The translations under genes and the position numbers were made by a program. A DNA stretch of 64,000 nucleotides from Octopus sinensis (taxonomy: Eukaryota), in the NCBI RefSeq assembly GCF_006345805.1, contig NC_042998.1, positions 106,144,001-106,208,000 of the forward strand. The letters run 5' to 3'. Position 1 is the stretch's first letter. Each line of letters opens with the position of its first letter. Below, in pieces: positions 53,054 through 64,000 of the stretch. A model generated the notes under the pieces. That model was not told the DNA's origin. It did no database searches and worked only from the letters and a program-made list of their open reading frames with translations.

Positions 53054-54250
53054 TTATCATCATCACATCATCATTATTGTTTAATGTCCGTTTTCCATGC
53101 TAGCATGGGTTGGATGATTCGACTGGGGTTTGGGAAGCCAGGAGGCTGCACCAGGCTCCAGTCTGATCTGGCAATGTTTCTACAGCTGGATGCCCTTCCT
53201 AACGCCAACCACTCTGTGAGTGTAGTAGGTGCTTTTTACGTGTCACTGACACCGACACAAGTCAAGGTGGTGCTGGCATCGGCCACATTCGGATGGTGTT
53301 TTCTATGTGCCACTGACATGGGTATCACAACTACAATTTCCATTTGATTTTTATTTTGAAGTTGATATACTTGACTCAATAGGCCTCCTCAAACACAGCA
53401 AGTCGTCGTACAATCCAAGTTAAGCACAGCAGGCCATCCTGCAAGCCATGAACTCACGTTATTTGTCAGGTCTTGCAGTCACAGCATATCTCCAGAGGTC
53501 TCAGTCCTCCATCATTGCCTCAGTGAGGCCCAACGTTCGAAGGTCATGCTTGACCTCATCCCATGTCTTCCTGGGTTTACCTCTACCCCAGATTCCTTTA
53601 ACTGTTTGGGAGTGGCACTTCTTTGCACATCTCTCCTCATCCATCCATAGTACATGACCATACCAACGCAAACGTCTCTCCTGCATGCCACATCCGATGC
53701 TTCTTATATCCAACATATCTCACTGGGCACTTACACTCTGTCATGCATGCACATTGACATTACACATCCAGTGGATCATGCTAGATTCGTTTCTTTCAAG
53801 CCTACACATGTCCTCTGCAGTCACAGTTCTTGTTTCACTGCTGTGAAGCATGGCAGTTCGCACACATGCATCGTACAAGTCACCTTTCACTCTGAGCGAG
53901 AGACCCTTTGTCACCAGTAGGGGAAGAAGCTTTCTATACTTTCCCAGGCTATTCTTATGCTAGTGGTAACACTCTCTGAGCATTCACCCCCACTACTAAC
54001 TTGGTCACCTAGGTAGTGGAAGCTATCAACTACTTCTAGTTTGTCCCCCTGGAGTATGATGGAATCTGTTTTCTGAGTATCTGTGGTGTCTATTGCCCCT
54101 GTACATCTGCTGCACATGAAAGCTATCTTCTCGGTTAATTTTCTTTTGATGTTGCTGCACCTCTTATGTGTCCATAGCATACACTGGGTACATCTTATGG
54201 AGTTTCTACCTACACCTTTTCTACAGATCGAGCAGGGCCACCTACCTGAG
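53052..54250 (-). mobile_element. 5'-truncated RTE LINE with PHD-finger insertion and (GAT)n tail
   Basis: WPCSICRKGVGRNSIRCTQCMLWTHKRC...FMCSRC...EVVDSFHYLG and QERRLRWYGHVLWMD...GRGKPRKTWDEVKHDL. The tail equals family C. Confidence 0.92.
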
Positions 54251-54253
54251 GGG

Positions 54254-54290
<37 letters not shown>

Positions 54291-54674
54291 TATATACACA
54301 TATATATATTGATCAAAGTATTCAGTATTATAGATCCATTACAGCAGATCTTACCAATCAGTTTTCCACAACGCCTACAAACTAGATGTAGCACCTCCAC
54401 ACTTCTTCACCTCTTACAACAGAGGGCAGTCACCATATTTTTTCCATACCTGCCATCCCTGAAGAGCACATGTATTAGATAACCCAGTTTTCTGATATCC
54501 TGTGCAAAACCAGTTGGTAAGATCAACTATAACAGATCTGAGATATTGTATACTTTTATTCATATACTGATTCTATTGACAAAATAGAATGCCTATTTTC
54601 TAACTTATGGATTCTTAGACAACTATATATCTATCTACCTATCTATCTACCTATCTATCTATCTAGCTATCTAT

Positions 54675-55740
54675 GGCGAATGGCACCGCGAGTGTCACGT
54701 TGCTCTCAAGCAACTCTGCCGTCCTGGGTCGACCTTGAGTGACTCCATCACAACCAAAGCATTCTATAGGGGATTAGTGGAGGGGAGGCATGACAACAAG
54801 CTCGGGGCGAACCTGGACGTCAACGAGAAATACCTGACCCGCCTGTTCGGGACGACTTTCGGGCCAGGGCCCATGGACAACTTCCAGAGATCCCTGGCCT
54901 GGCAGTGCTACCGAGAAGCGCTACCTGTTCGGGATAAGCTCTACAGACACGGCTCAAGAAACAAGTGTCCAACAATTTCCTACCTGTGGGCTTATGTCAA
55001 ACAACTGCTGTCATGTGTGGGATGAGTCGGTTTATCAGCTGAGTCTATCGTCAATATTGTCACGCCTCCTTCCTTCAAACGGGAAGGAAGAGCTATTTTC
55101 ATCATCCTTGTGGCTATGGCGAAGGAATGTATCTGGTGGACGCGTCTGAAAGGATTGGAGACAAACACTTTCCTCTCTGGTCAATCTCTCATCAACTTCT
55201 TCAAGTACCACTTGAAAAGGAAAGTGAGAGTAGAGAGGCAAGTTTTGTCTAGCAAATGTTTTAAAAAAAGATGGGTGAATGTAGCAAGGATGGCACGTAT
55301 GAATGACGAAGGCACCTTGAGCATAATCCTATGAACCCAGAAATTGAAAACAGAGGGTTACCCACTTGCAAACAAATGTGGTAACATATAACAATATTAA
55401 CCGAGGTTACCATGGTCTTTTTCGTAGGCTTTTCTTCCCACGGATAAACCTTACTTGCTTTCCCCTTTACACCATACATCATGACACTGTGATACACAAT
55501 CCCTATTGATCGTTTTTTTTTCTCTCCCCCTTTTTTCCTCTTTTTTCTTCCTTTTTTATTTTTCTTTTCCTTTTTTTTTCTTTTCCCCCTTTTACGATCC
55601 CTTTTGATCGAAAACCTAAACCACTTTCTTTTGTTTCTTTTGTTTTTTGTTTTTTTTTGTTTTTTTCATCCCACGAAAGAAAAGCTCTATCTTGTAATTT
55701 GTCCCATCTGTGTGCAGCCCTGTGTGGCCAATAAAGAAAC
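54675..55740 (+). mobile_element. L1/Tx1-clade LINE 3' fragment within a (TATC)n array
   Basis: TTKAFYRGL...SLAWQCYREALPVRDKLYRHGSRNKCP (zf-RVT-like) and AKECIWWTR...FKKRW, then a T-rich 3' UTR and AATAAA at ~55730. (TATC)n lies on both sides. Confidence 0.8.
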
Positions 55741-55803
<63 letters not shown>

Positions 55804-55883
55804 CCTATCTATCTATCTATCTATCTATCTACTATCTATCTATCTATCTATCTATCTACCTATCTATCTATCTATTTATCTAC

Positions 55884-55934
<51 letters not shown>
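55741..55934. repeat. (TATC)n microsatellite
   Basis: Directly visible. Confidence 0.95.
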
Positions 55935-55935
<1 letters not shown>

Positions 55936-56044
55936 TGTTATGAGTACTACCAGATTACTTGAATCGATACATTGTGAATCAAATTTATATATATACTTAT
56001 ATACGTATATACATACATACACACACATATATTTATGCTATATT

Positions 56045-56535
56045 TATGCTAGTGCTGCCTGACTGTCACCCGTACTGGTGGCACATAAAAAAGACCATTC
56101 AAGCATGCTTGATGCCAGTGCTGCCTGACTGGCTCCCATGCTGGTGGCACATAAAAAGCAGCATTTGAGCATGGTCAATTCCAGTGCCGCTTGACTGACT
56201 CCTGTGCCGATGATATGTAAACAGCACCCGCTACACTCTTTGAGCGGTTAGCATTAGGAAGGGCATCCAGCTGTAGAAACATTACCAGAGATCAGATTGG
56301 AGCCTGGTGCAGTCTCCTGGCTTGCCAGTCTTCAGTCAAGCCGTCCAACCCACCCAAATGATGGTGATGATGATGATGATGATATATATATATATATACA
56401 CACATACACACACACACACACACACAAACAGTTACAGAAGCCTGGTGCAGGCTCCTGTCTGGCCAGCTCCTGGTAAACTGTCCCACCCATGCCAGCATGG
56501 AAGGTGGACATTAAACGACGATGATGATGATGATA
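56045..56535 (+). mobile_element. RTE-tail repeat family C (internal ~60 bp tandem units; two tails)
   Basis: GGTGGCACATAAAAAG units, GCATTAGGAAGGGCATCCAGC and (GAT)n tails. Confidence 0.75.
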
Positions 56536-56858
56536 CATATATAATATAGATAGATAGATGGATGGATGTAATATCATATAATGTATGTATGCATATGTAT
56601 ATATGGAAAGAAATTTTAGGACTACTGTTGGGTCAAATCTAATATTTCCATTAGGCATTACATATACGGACCAGCTAGAGTACAATGTACTTAACACTTA
56701 AAACCTCTCTGCACCTTATTCTCCAAATAAGTAGATGCTGACTTCTCATATAGAAATAATCACCATAAATGACAAGTTTAATAACATTGACAACTGTACA
56801 GTCTTTGAAATAGAACACTCTGACCACTTATTCTCTCTCTCTCTCTCTCTCTCTCTGA

Positions 56859-56929
<71 letters not shown>

Positions 56930-57341
56930 TATTTATTTCTACTTATCTATCTATCTACGTTTCTACTTAATTTCCAACCATAATTACACAGGAGGTCTCT
57001 GTCAATACTAGCTTTTATAGGAGAGTGCACTGTAGGTCAAACCTCCTTTGTTACACACTTGAAACTTTCCTACTCTAAGAGTTGTTTGTGATTAGACAAT
57101 CTTAATTATGGAACAAATTCAAAGACATAACCTATGTATAATATTATTCTGCTTATGTATGGCTATATTGGCAAAACTTACATGTTTTAATACTCCGCAC
57201 TACATACATATTCCCACTGTTGAGAAAAGTGCGATAAAACACTGAAACACACAATCTGAGTGAACTAAGTACAGTAGTTACCCAACCAAGTAGAATGTAC
57301 TATAAAGTAACCTATAAGTTTTATAATTATATGTATGCATG

Positions 57342-57374
<33 letters not shown>

Positions 57375-58369
57375 ATTGAATGGCATAACAGGCAAACTTA
57401 TTGAATGATATAAAGGGCAAACTTATTGCACAACATAATGGGCAAACTAATTGAAAAAAGTGATTTTTCCATGTCACTTTGTAATTATTTTTATAATCTG
57501 TTCCAAAACTAGTCAGAGAAATATTATTATTGAGGTATATAAATTTACCACCCCTCAATCTGTAACTAGCTTGATAAGTGCTAAAGCACATAACTCTTGG
57601 CCATTGAGTGACACTACTGCTTCTGCTAAATATTAATAAGTTGGACATCACAGAGGAAATGACCATGGACTGAGATGTCTCATGATATGAAGTTCTTGAG
57701 AAAACCTGCCCACATCAGTGAAACGGATTTCTAGAAGTGCTGTGTAGAAAACTTCTAAGACACTCTACCACAACAAACCAAATTATGTCTCAACATCCCT
57801 CCTCTTCCTCACATTTCAGCTTCATGTACTATGATTACCTCCCACTCCCCAATATTGTCCTCTTGGCCCTCTACCACTGTATCATTGCTCTCTACTTGCC
57901 CTTAACCTGCCTTGTGTACCCACATACCTTGTCTTACTATATTATTGCCATCTGCTAGCCCCCAGCCTGGGTGTTCCACCCACACATAACAAGAAAACTT
58001 TTCTCTCATCCTAAACCCAACAAACCAATTTACATATCTTTCTTGCATTTCCTCCTTCATTCACTATGCCTAGCTCTCACTCCCCAATCTTGTCCTCACA
58101 TCCTTGTTCCTCTGTATCATTCCTATCCAGTAACCCCTCCAACTCTATATATACCCAGGTCTTTTGTCACTTACTTGCACTCTTTAATCACACTCTCTTC
58201 ACAATATCCTGTCACATATATTATGGCATTTGAACTTCAAATGCCACTATCTATATCTCTCTTTTCCTTTATTCAGCCATTTCATTTATACTCTGATCTC
58301 CATTCCTTGAGAGTATGCCCAGCATTTTGCCACCATTTCCATCCAGTGGTCTCCCACTCTCTCTCTGTC

Positions 58370-58421
<52 letters not shown>

Positions 58422-58574
58422 CCTTTCACTTCCCTCAGGTTGGGCAACCATGTATTTCTTTGCAGTAGAATACCTGTTTCTCTCTTTATTCCTGATCTTG
58501 TTCTTTCCCTTCAGCAAGAAACCTATATCTGTCTCACTGTAACCTTTTCTCCAATGTCTCCTCCCCTCTTAAAA

Positions 58575-58918
58575 GTATTTGCCTTGCAAGTACTTGGTGA
58601 TCTAGTCAGTGCAGGTGCCACTTAAAAGCACCCAGTGCACACTGTAAAGTGGTTGGTGTTCAGAAGAGCATCCAGCTGTAAAAACCTTGCCAAAACTGAC
58701 CTCACCTGTGCTTGTGCCACATAAAAAGCACGACTCACCTCGCCTGTGCATAAAAAGCACTAGGTCCACTCTGCTGAGTTGTTGGTGTTAGGAAGGGCAT
58801 CTGGCTGCAAAAAACCTGCCAAAACAGTCGAAGAAGTCTGGTGCAGGCTTCAGCCTGGCTGGCTCTTTTTGTACGATCCCACCTATGCTAGCATGGAGCA
58901 CAAACGTTTGATGATGAT
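58575..58918 (+). mobile_element. RTE-tail repeat family C
   Basis: Duplicated GTGCCAC.TAAAAGCAC...GGCATC units and tail ATGCTAGCATGG...(GAT)n. Confidence 0.7.
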
Positions 58919-58929
58919 ATATATATATA

Positions 58930-59400
58930 TATACATCATCATCCATTTTTGGATCATCCCATTTTATATCATCCCCTCCATTTTCCAAAAATATAGATAG
59001 CACTATGCCTAAGCACCCAAAAAAAAAGTGGTGGGTGCTCTATTCTATGGCATACACCCCACTTCTTACTAAATGTAAGGAACTTGGCTAAATCCTTCTT
59101 TAATATACTGGACTTCAACTTCCCTCGTCAACATAAATATTACTCTATCTTTAATAGATCCACCCTGAAGCTATCCTATTCCACCCCACCCAACTTCAAG
59201 TCTTTCATAGCAGCCTCTAATAAACAAAGGCTTTTCTCTCTACTATCAAACTCACACTATAACAACTATAAATACATGAGTGCCCAACATGTACACAGCT
59301 CCAGCATTGAAGCCCATACATTAGATCACAACCATAACCCAACCCATCCTACTAACACTACCCAGAATACTACCACAACTTCCACCATCCTTACAGATAG
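58930..59400 (+). mobile_element. PLE linker fragment
   Basis: LAKSFFNILDFNFPRQHKYYSIFNRSTLKLSYSTPPNFKSFIAASNK matches the PLE RT-EN linker (F..L.D..FP..H....IFNR.T.K.SYS..N.K..I...NK). Confidence 0.75.
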
Positions 59401-59685
59401 AATAGTTAATAACAACGATAGTAATAATAACAATAATAGTAATAATAATATTAATAATGCTAATAACTTAGAACTTTCTAACCTCTTCTCTGACATTTCT
59501 CTGACAGCTGGATGCCCTTTCTGCCAACAACACTCATTTGTTTCCATGCAAGGTAATATTTCCCCATGGTCAGATATGGTTTTCACAAAAGACTAGAAAC
59601 TTGTGTGACGATAATATGATGATGCTCATTTATAACCATCACTGTATGTCTAGACAAATGTGCATACAAGTAAACACCCACATAA

Positions 59686-59720
<35 letters not shown>

Positions 59721-60140
59721 AGTTAATTTTAAATATTTATTTATCAGTCTTTGCCTTTTGAACAATATAAATGATATAAATGTTCTATCTATAACAGATT
59801 ATGTCTTTGATTTTCTTCCATAGTTTATCATACACATGGTTATAAATAATATAAATGTTGTGTGTATAATAGATTATGTCTTTGATTTCATTCCATAGCT
59901 ATAGCACTGCACAAATAGTCTGCTGCAGTATAGTACCATAAATAAAACAATGAAAGTAAATGTTTCCCTGGCTACGTCATGAATATTTATATGTGAAATC
60001 TACCAAAGTACTCAATGAAGCTGACTAAAATATAGAATTAAGTCAAATTCCAACTGATAATAAAATGAGGAAAGATACATGAAATGTTTAAAGACATATA
60101 TATATGTTCAAATAAATATATTACATGGACCATATATATA

Positions 60141-60360
60141 CTCTTTTACTTGTTTCAGTCATTTGACTGTGACTATGCTGGAGCACTGTCTTTAGTCGAG
60201 CAAATCGACCCCAGGACTTATTCTTTGTAAGCCTAGTACTTATTCTATTGGTGTCTTTTGCTGAACCACTGAGTTACAGGGACGTAAACTCACCAGTATT
60301 GGTTGTCAAGCGATGTTGTGGGAACAAACACAGACACACAAACATACACACACACACACA

Positions 60361-60410
<50 letters not shown>

Positions 60411-60580
60411 TATATACGACGGGCTTCTTTCAGTTTCCGTCTCCCAAATCCACTCACAAGGCTTTGGTCGGCCCAAGGCTATAGTAGAAGACACTTGCCC
60501 AAGGTGCCACGCAGTGGGATTGACCCCAAAACCATGTGGTTGGTAAGCAAGCTACTTACCACACAGCCACTCCTACGCCT
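60141..60580 (-). mobile_element. SINE family A, well preserved
   Basis: Complete head AGGCGTAGGAGTGGCTGTGTGGTAAG..., internal (TA)/(CA)n and the CR1-like tail. Confidence 0.9.
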
Positions 60581-61874
60581 ACATGCATATATATATAGAG
60601 AGAGAGAGAGAAAGAGAGAGAGATATGATGGCCTCTCCTGTCGAAGACAATGTATGAGTGTTCAGCTTTTTGCCGAATGACCTACACATCTCCATCTAAT
60701 TGACGTTGTCTGCACAGGTGCACAGTGTGCCATGTGTAAGGTGTCCAAATGATTGCTGAGCAATGTGAGATGAATTGTTTTACTCAATTAAGAATTCTGA
60801 CCTAGGAATTGAAATCACAATCTCACAGTCAAGAGAGAAAACACCCAAACCATTTGGCCATTTAATGTACACTGTATTAAAATAAGAGCTACTAATAGTT
60901 TCTTGCCATTCATGTTGTTAGGTAAATTTTTATAACATGCCCTGAGGCTCTAAGCAATCTTCGGGCTTTGGGCCCATGGTTTGTTCTATTTGAAAAACAG
61001 GACACTAGTACATGAGAAATCACAAGGGAAAACAAGAAGGTTGAGACAACAGAATGAGAAGAAAAGGGTGAATAAAAATGGAAAAAGAAAAAAACAAAGA
61101 AAAAAATTAGAGATGCATTTCCTTTGACAGTAAAAATCATAATTAAACCAGCTAACATAGAATAATTCAACAGAGAGGAGTCCAGAGTCTGTGATGCTGC
61201 TGCTCTGTCTAGAGCGGGTGGTGTCCTCCAGTTAGACAAAAGAAATTTTCTCACCACCCTCCCTGGAATGTAATATTGTCAAGGACACTGTTGATCCCTC
61301 TGACTAAAGTTTAGAAATAAAAAAGAAAATTTTTGAAACCAAAGTTTGAAGTCAGAATCCTATTGAAGAAACCCATCCACTGGGTTTATTTCTGTTCAAC
61401 TGTTTCACATGACTTTATTCATTAAAACTTATTAAAACTTCAGAAGCTCTTACAACTTTGGTCATCATAATGCTTTGCTTTCATTTGTTTAATAAAAATT
61501 CTTCCTCCTAATGATTTTGCTTTCATTTTGTGATAGACAGCTATCATGCAGATAATGCCAGCTTCTAAATCCTGTTTCTGTTTAAGTAAAATCGATTAAC
61601 CTTTAAACCTCAGTAACATTTTTCTGCAAGTTTTCTGGAACAAATAAATAACAAAATCGGATTTAATGTGGAAAATTATTTCAATATACCAAATTTGAAA
61701 ACTTGATGTAATTTTAGAATTTCACATGTGACAGCAACAGGGAAAACCCAACAAAAGTAGAGAGACTGACAGTTATAGGATGTTACACACACACACAGAC
61801 TCACCTTTCTTTCCCTTCCTTGGCATCTTAAAAATTAGTTATGTGTATGTGCATATGTGTGTGTGTGTGTGTAG

Positions 61875-62675
61875 TATGAAGAATTGGCAATAAAGCTTGG
61901 TTCAAACCATACAACTGTTCATTGTCATCTTCAACAACTTGGAAAGCAGCCACAAATCTCGAGTTGACAGCTGCTCTTCTCTCCATTCTCATGAACTCAT
62001 TTCACCCTTTTTGGATAGACTTGTGACTGGTGACGAAAAATGGATCTTCTATTGAAATGTTAAACGTCATAAACAGTGGCTTGGTAAAAGGGAAAAAGCT
62101 CAACCACAACCAAGAAGGGAACTTCATGGGAAAAAGGTTTTTCTCTCTATTTGGTGGGATTGCAAAGGAGTAATTCACTTTGAATTGTTACCACCTAATG
62201 CAAAAATCAATGCTCAAGTCTACTGTCAGCAATTAGAGCATTTGAACCAAGCTTTGAAGAAAAAAAGACCCACTTTAGTGAATCGAAAAGGAGTGATGTT
62301 TCATCAGGACAATGCACGACCCTACACTGCAAAGATCACATCACAGAAGATCGAAGAGCTTGGCTGGGAAAATATTCCTCATCCACCGTATTCTCCTGAC
62401 CTTGCTCCTTCAGACTACCATTTGTTTCATAGTTTAGAGAATCATTTGGGGGACATAACTTTTGCAAGCCAGAAGGAAGTCGAAACTGACATTTCAGAGT
62501 TCTTCACTTTGAAACAAAAACTGTTTTACATTGATGGGATTAAAAAGCTTGTAAATAGATGGAAGGAAGTCATAGATAATCGGAGAAAGTACATTGATGA
62601 TTAAATTTCAATTAAATATAACATTTGATCACTTGTTTTCTTTATTCAAAATTCGGACAGAACTTATGGGATGAC

Positions 62676-62678
<3 letters not shown>
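61875..62678 (+). mobile_element. 5'-truncated mariner (DD34D) transposon
   Basis: LVTGDEKWIFY, HQDNARPY and HPPYSPDLAPSDYHLF, with a right TIR-like end CGGACAGAACTTATGGGATGACCTGA followed by (TA)n. Confidence 0.92.
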
Positions 62679-62709
<31 letters not shown>

Positions 62710-63437
62710 CAGGTTGTGATGGGTAAATTGTCACCATTTTATATTTTTAATTTCAAATATGTGCATTTCAAATATGTTCTTGATTTTGTCGACTACACAG
62801 TATAGGAGGATCAGTTGGACATTGTCTATAAGAAAAACACCACCATGATTTAATTCACTCTGCCAGAGATTTGGAAACAACATGCTGTACTGCTTGGCAT
62901 TCATACAGGTAGCTCCAATACAATCATTTCAGAGTGTCTTGGTGTCAATCTGGGGACATGTACTGAGAGTGATAAAAATTAAACATCCAGTCAACATCAT
63001 GGTGTTTGGAATGATCACTAGTGATGGTGACGTTATGCCTCCATTAATCTTCCTTCACAGCCCCGGACTCAATATGGAGGCCTATATCAAGTGCCTGGAG
63101 GAAGTAGTGCTGCCCTGGGTCAAGAGGGTGGCTGCTGGAGGACCCTATGTGTGGCTCTGTACCATGCCACACATGCAGGAGAACCCAGTCATGGCTGTCA
63201 GACAATTTCTGCAACCACATCACCCCTAACATCTGGCCTGCTAACTCTCCAAACTGCAACTCCCTTGATTATTATGTGCAAGGCGCAGTTGAGCAAGGGA
63301 CCAACAAAATCCCTTGTAACACCAAAGATGGAGGCCATGGTTGAAGCCAATGGTGACTTTATTGAATAAATTTACTCGTAGTTTTGGTATATTTTCATTT
63401 TTGTGTAATTTAGGCGACAGTTTATTCACTGCACCCT
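62710..63437 (+). mobile_element. Internally deleted maT/DD37D-like element
   Basis: KIKHPVNIMVFG...YIKCLEEVVLPWV and WPANSPNCNSLDYY, with imperfect TIRs CAGGTTGTGATGGGTAAATTGTCACC / GGCGACAGTTTATTCACTGCACCCT. Confidence 0.8.
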
Positions 63438-63560
63438 TCGTGTGTGTGTGTGTGTATGTGTGTGTGTGTGTGTGAGCATGTGTGTGTGTATGTATATAGA
63501 ATGCAATTAATATCAGGTCCAATGATTTTTATCCCATTATGTATATATATATATATGTAT

Positions 63561-63591
<31 letters not shown>

Positions 63592-63594
63592 TTA

Positions 63595-64000
63595 CAGGTT
63601 GTGATGGGTAAATTGTCACCATTTTATATTTTTAATTTCAAATATGTGCATTTCAAATATGTTCTTGATTTTGTCGACTACACAGTATAGGAGGATCAGT
63701 TGGACATTGTCTATAAGAAAAACACCACCATGATTTAATTCACTCTGCCAGAGATTTGGAAACAACATGCTGTACTGCTTGGCATTCATACAGGTAGCTC
63801 CAATACAATCATTTCAGAGTGTCTGGGTGTCAATCTGGGGACATGTACTGAGAGTGATAAAAATTAAACATCCAGTCAACATCATGGTGTTTGGAATGAT
63901 CACTAGTGATGGTGACGTTATGCCTCCATTAATCTTCCTTCACAGCCCCGGACTCAATATGGAGGCCTATATCAAGTGCCTGGAGGAAGTAGTGCTGCCC
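63595..64000 (+). repeat. Tandem second copy of the 62710 element (runs off the window)
   Basis: Near-identical to 62710-63115 at an offset of 885 bp. Confidence 0.92.

Noticed and set aside
60910-61257. 115-aa minus-strand ORF in non-repetitive DNA
   Set aside because: Non-ATG start, low-complexity Phe/Ser content and no homology I can recognise.

Overview
This is AT-rich, microsatellite-laden eukaryotic non-coding DNA. I recognised no host protein-coding exon, rRNA or intact tRNA gene. The SINE families and simple-repeat content suggest an Octopus (coleoid) intergenic or intronic region; this is an inference, not a database result. The window is mostly transposable-element remains: a near-complete ORF2 of a CR1-group LINE (18.3-21.5 kb, minus), RTE and L1/Tx1 LINE fragments, at least four Penelope-like (PLE, GIY-YIG) remnants, Tc1/mariner elements (DD37D, DD36E-like, DD34D), hAT MITEs, Helitron/Helentron-type elements, a piggyBac end and three SINE families. 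The most notable signals are: (i) several type-I hammerhead ribozyme motifs with palindromic stem III, one directly downstream of a PLE endonuclease and two inside long fold-back palindromes (11.9-12.3 kb, 52.7-52.9 kb); (ii) a SINE/LINE shared 3' tail with a compensatorily conserved hairpin; (iii) a Tx1-like LINE sitting in a (TATC)n array; and (iv) a PHD finger inserted inside the RT of RTE elements. Coordinates of degenerate elements are approximate.
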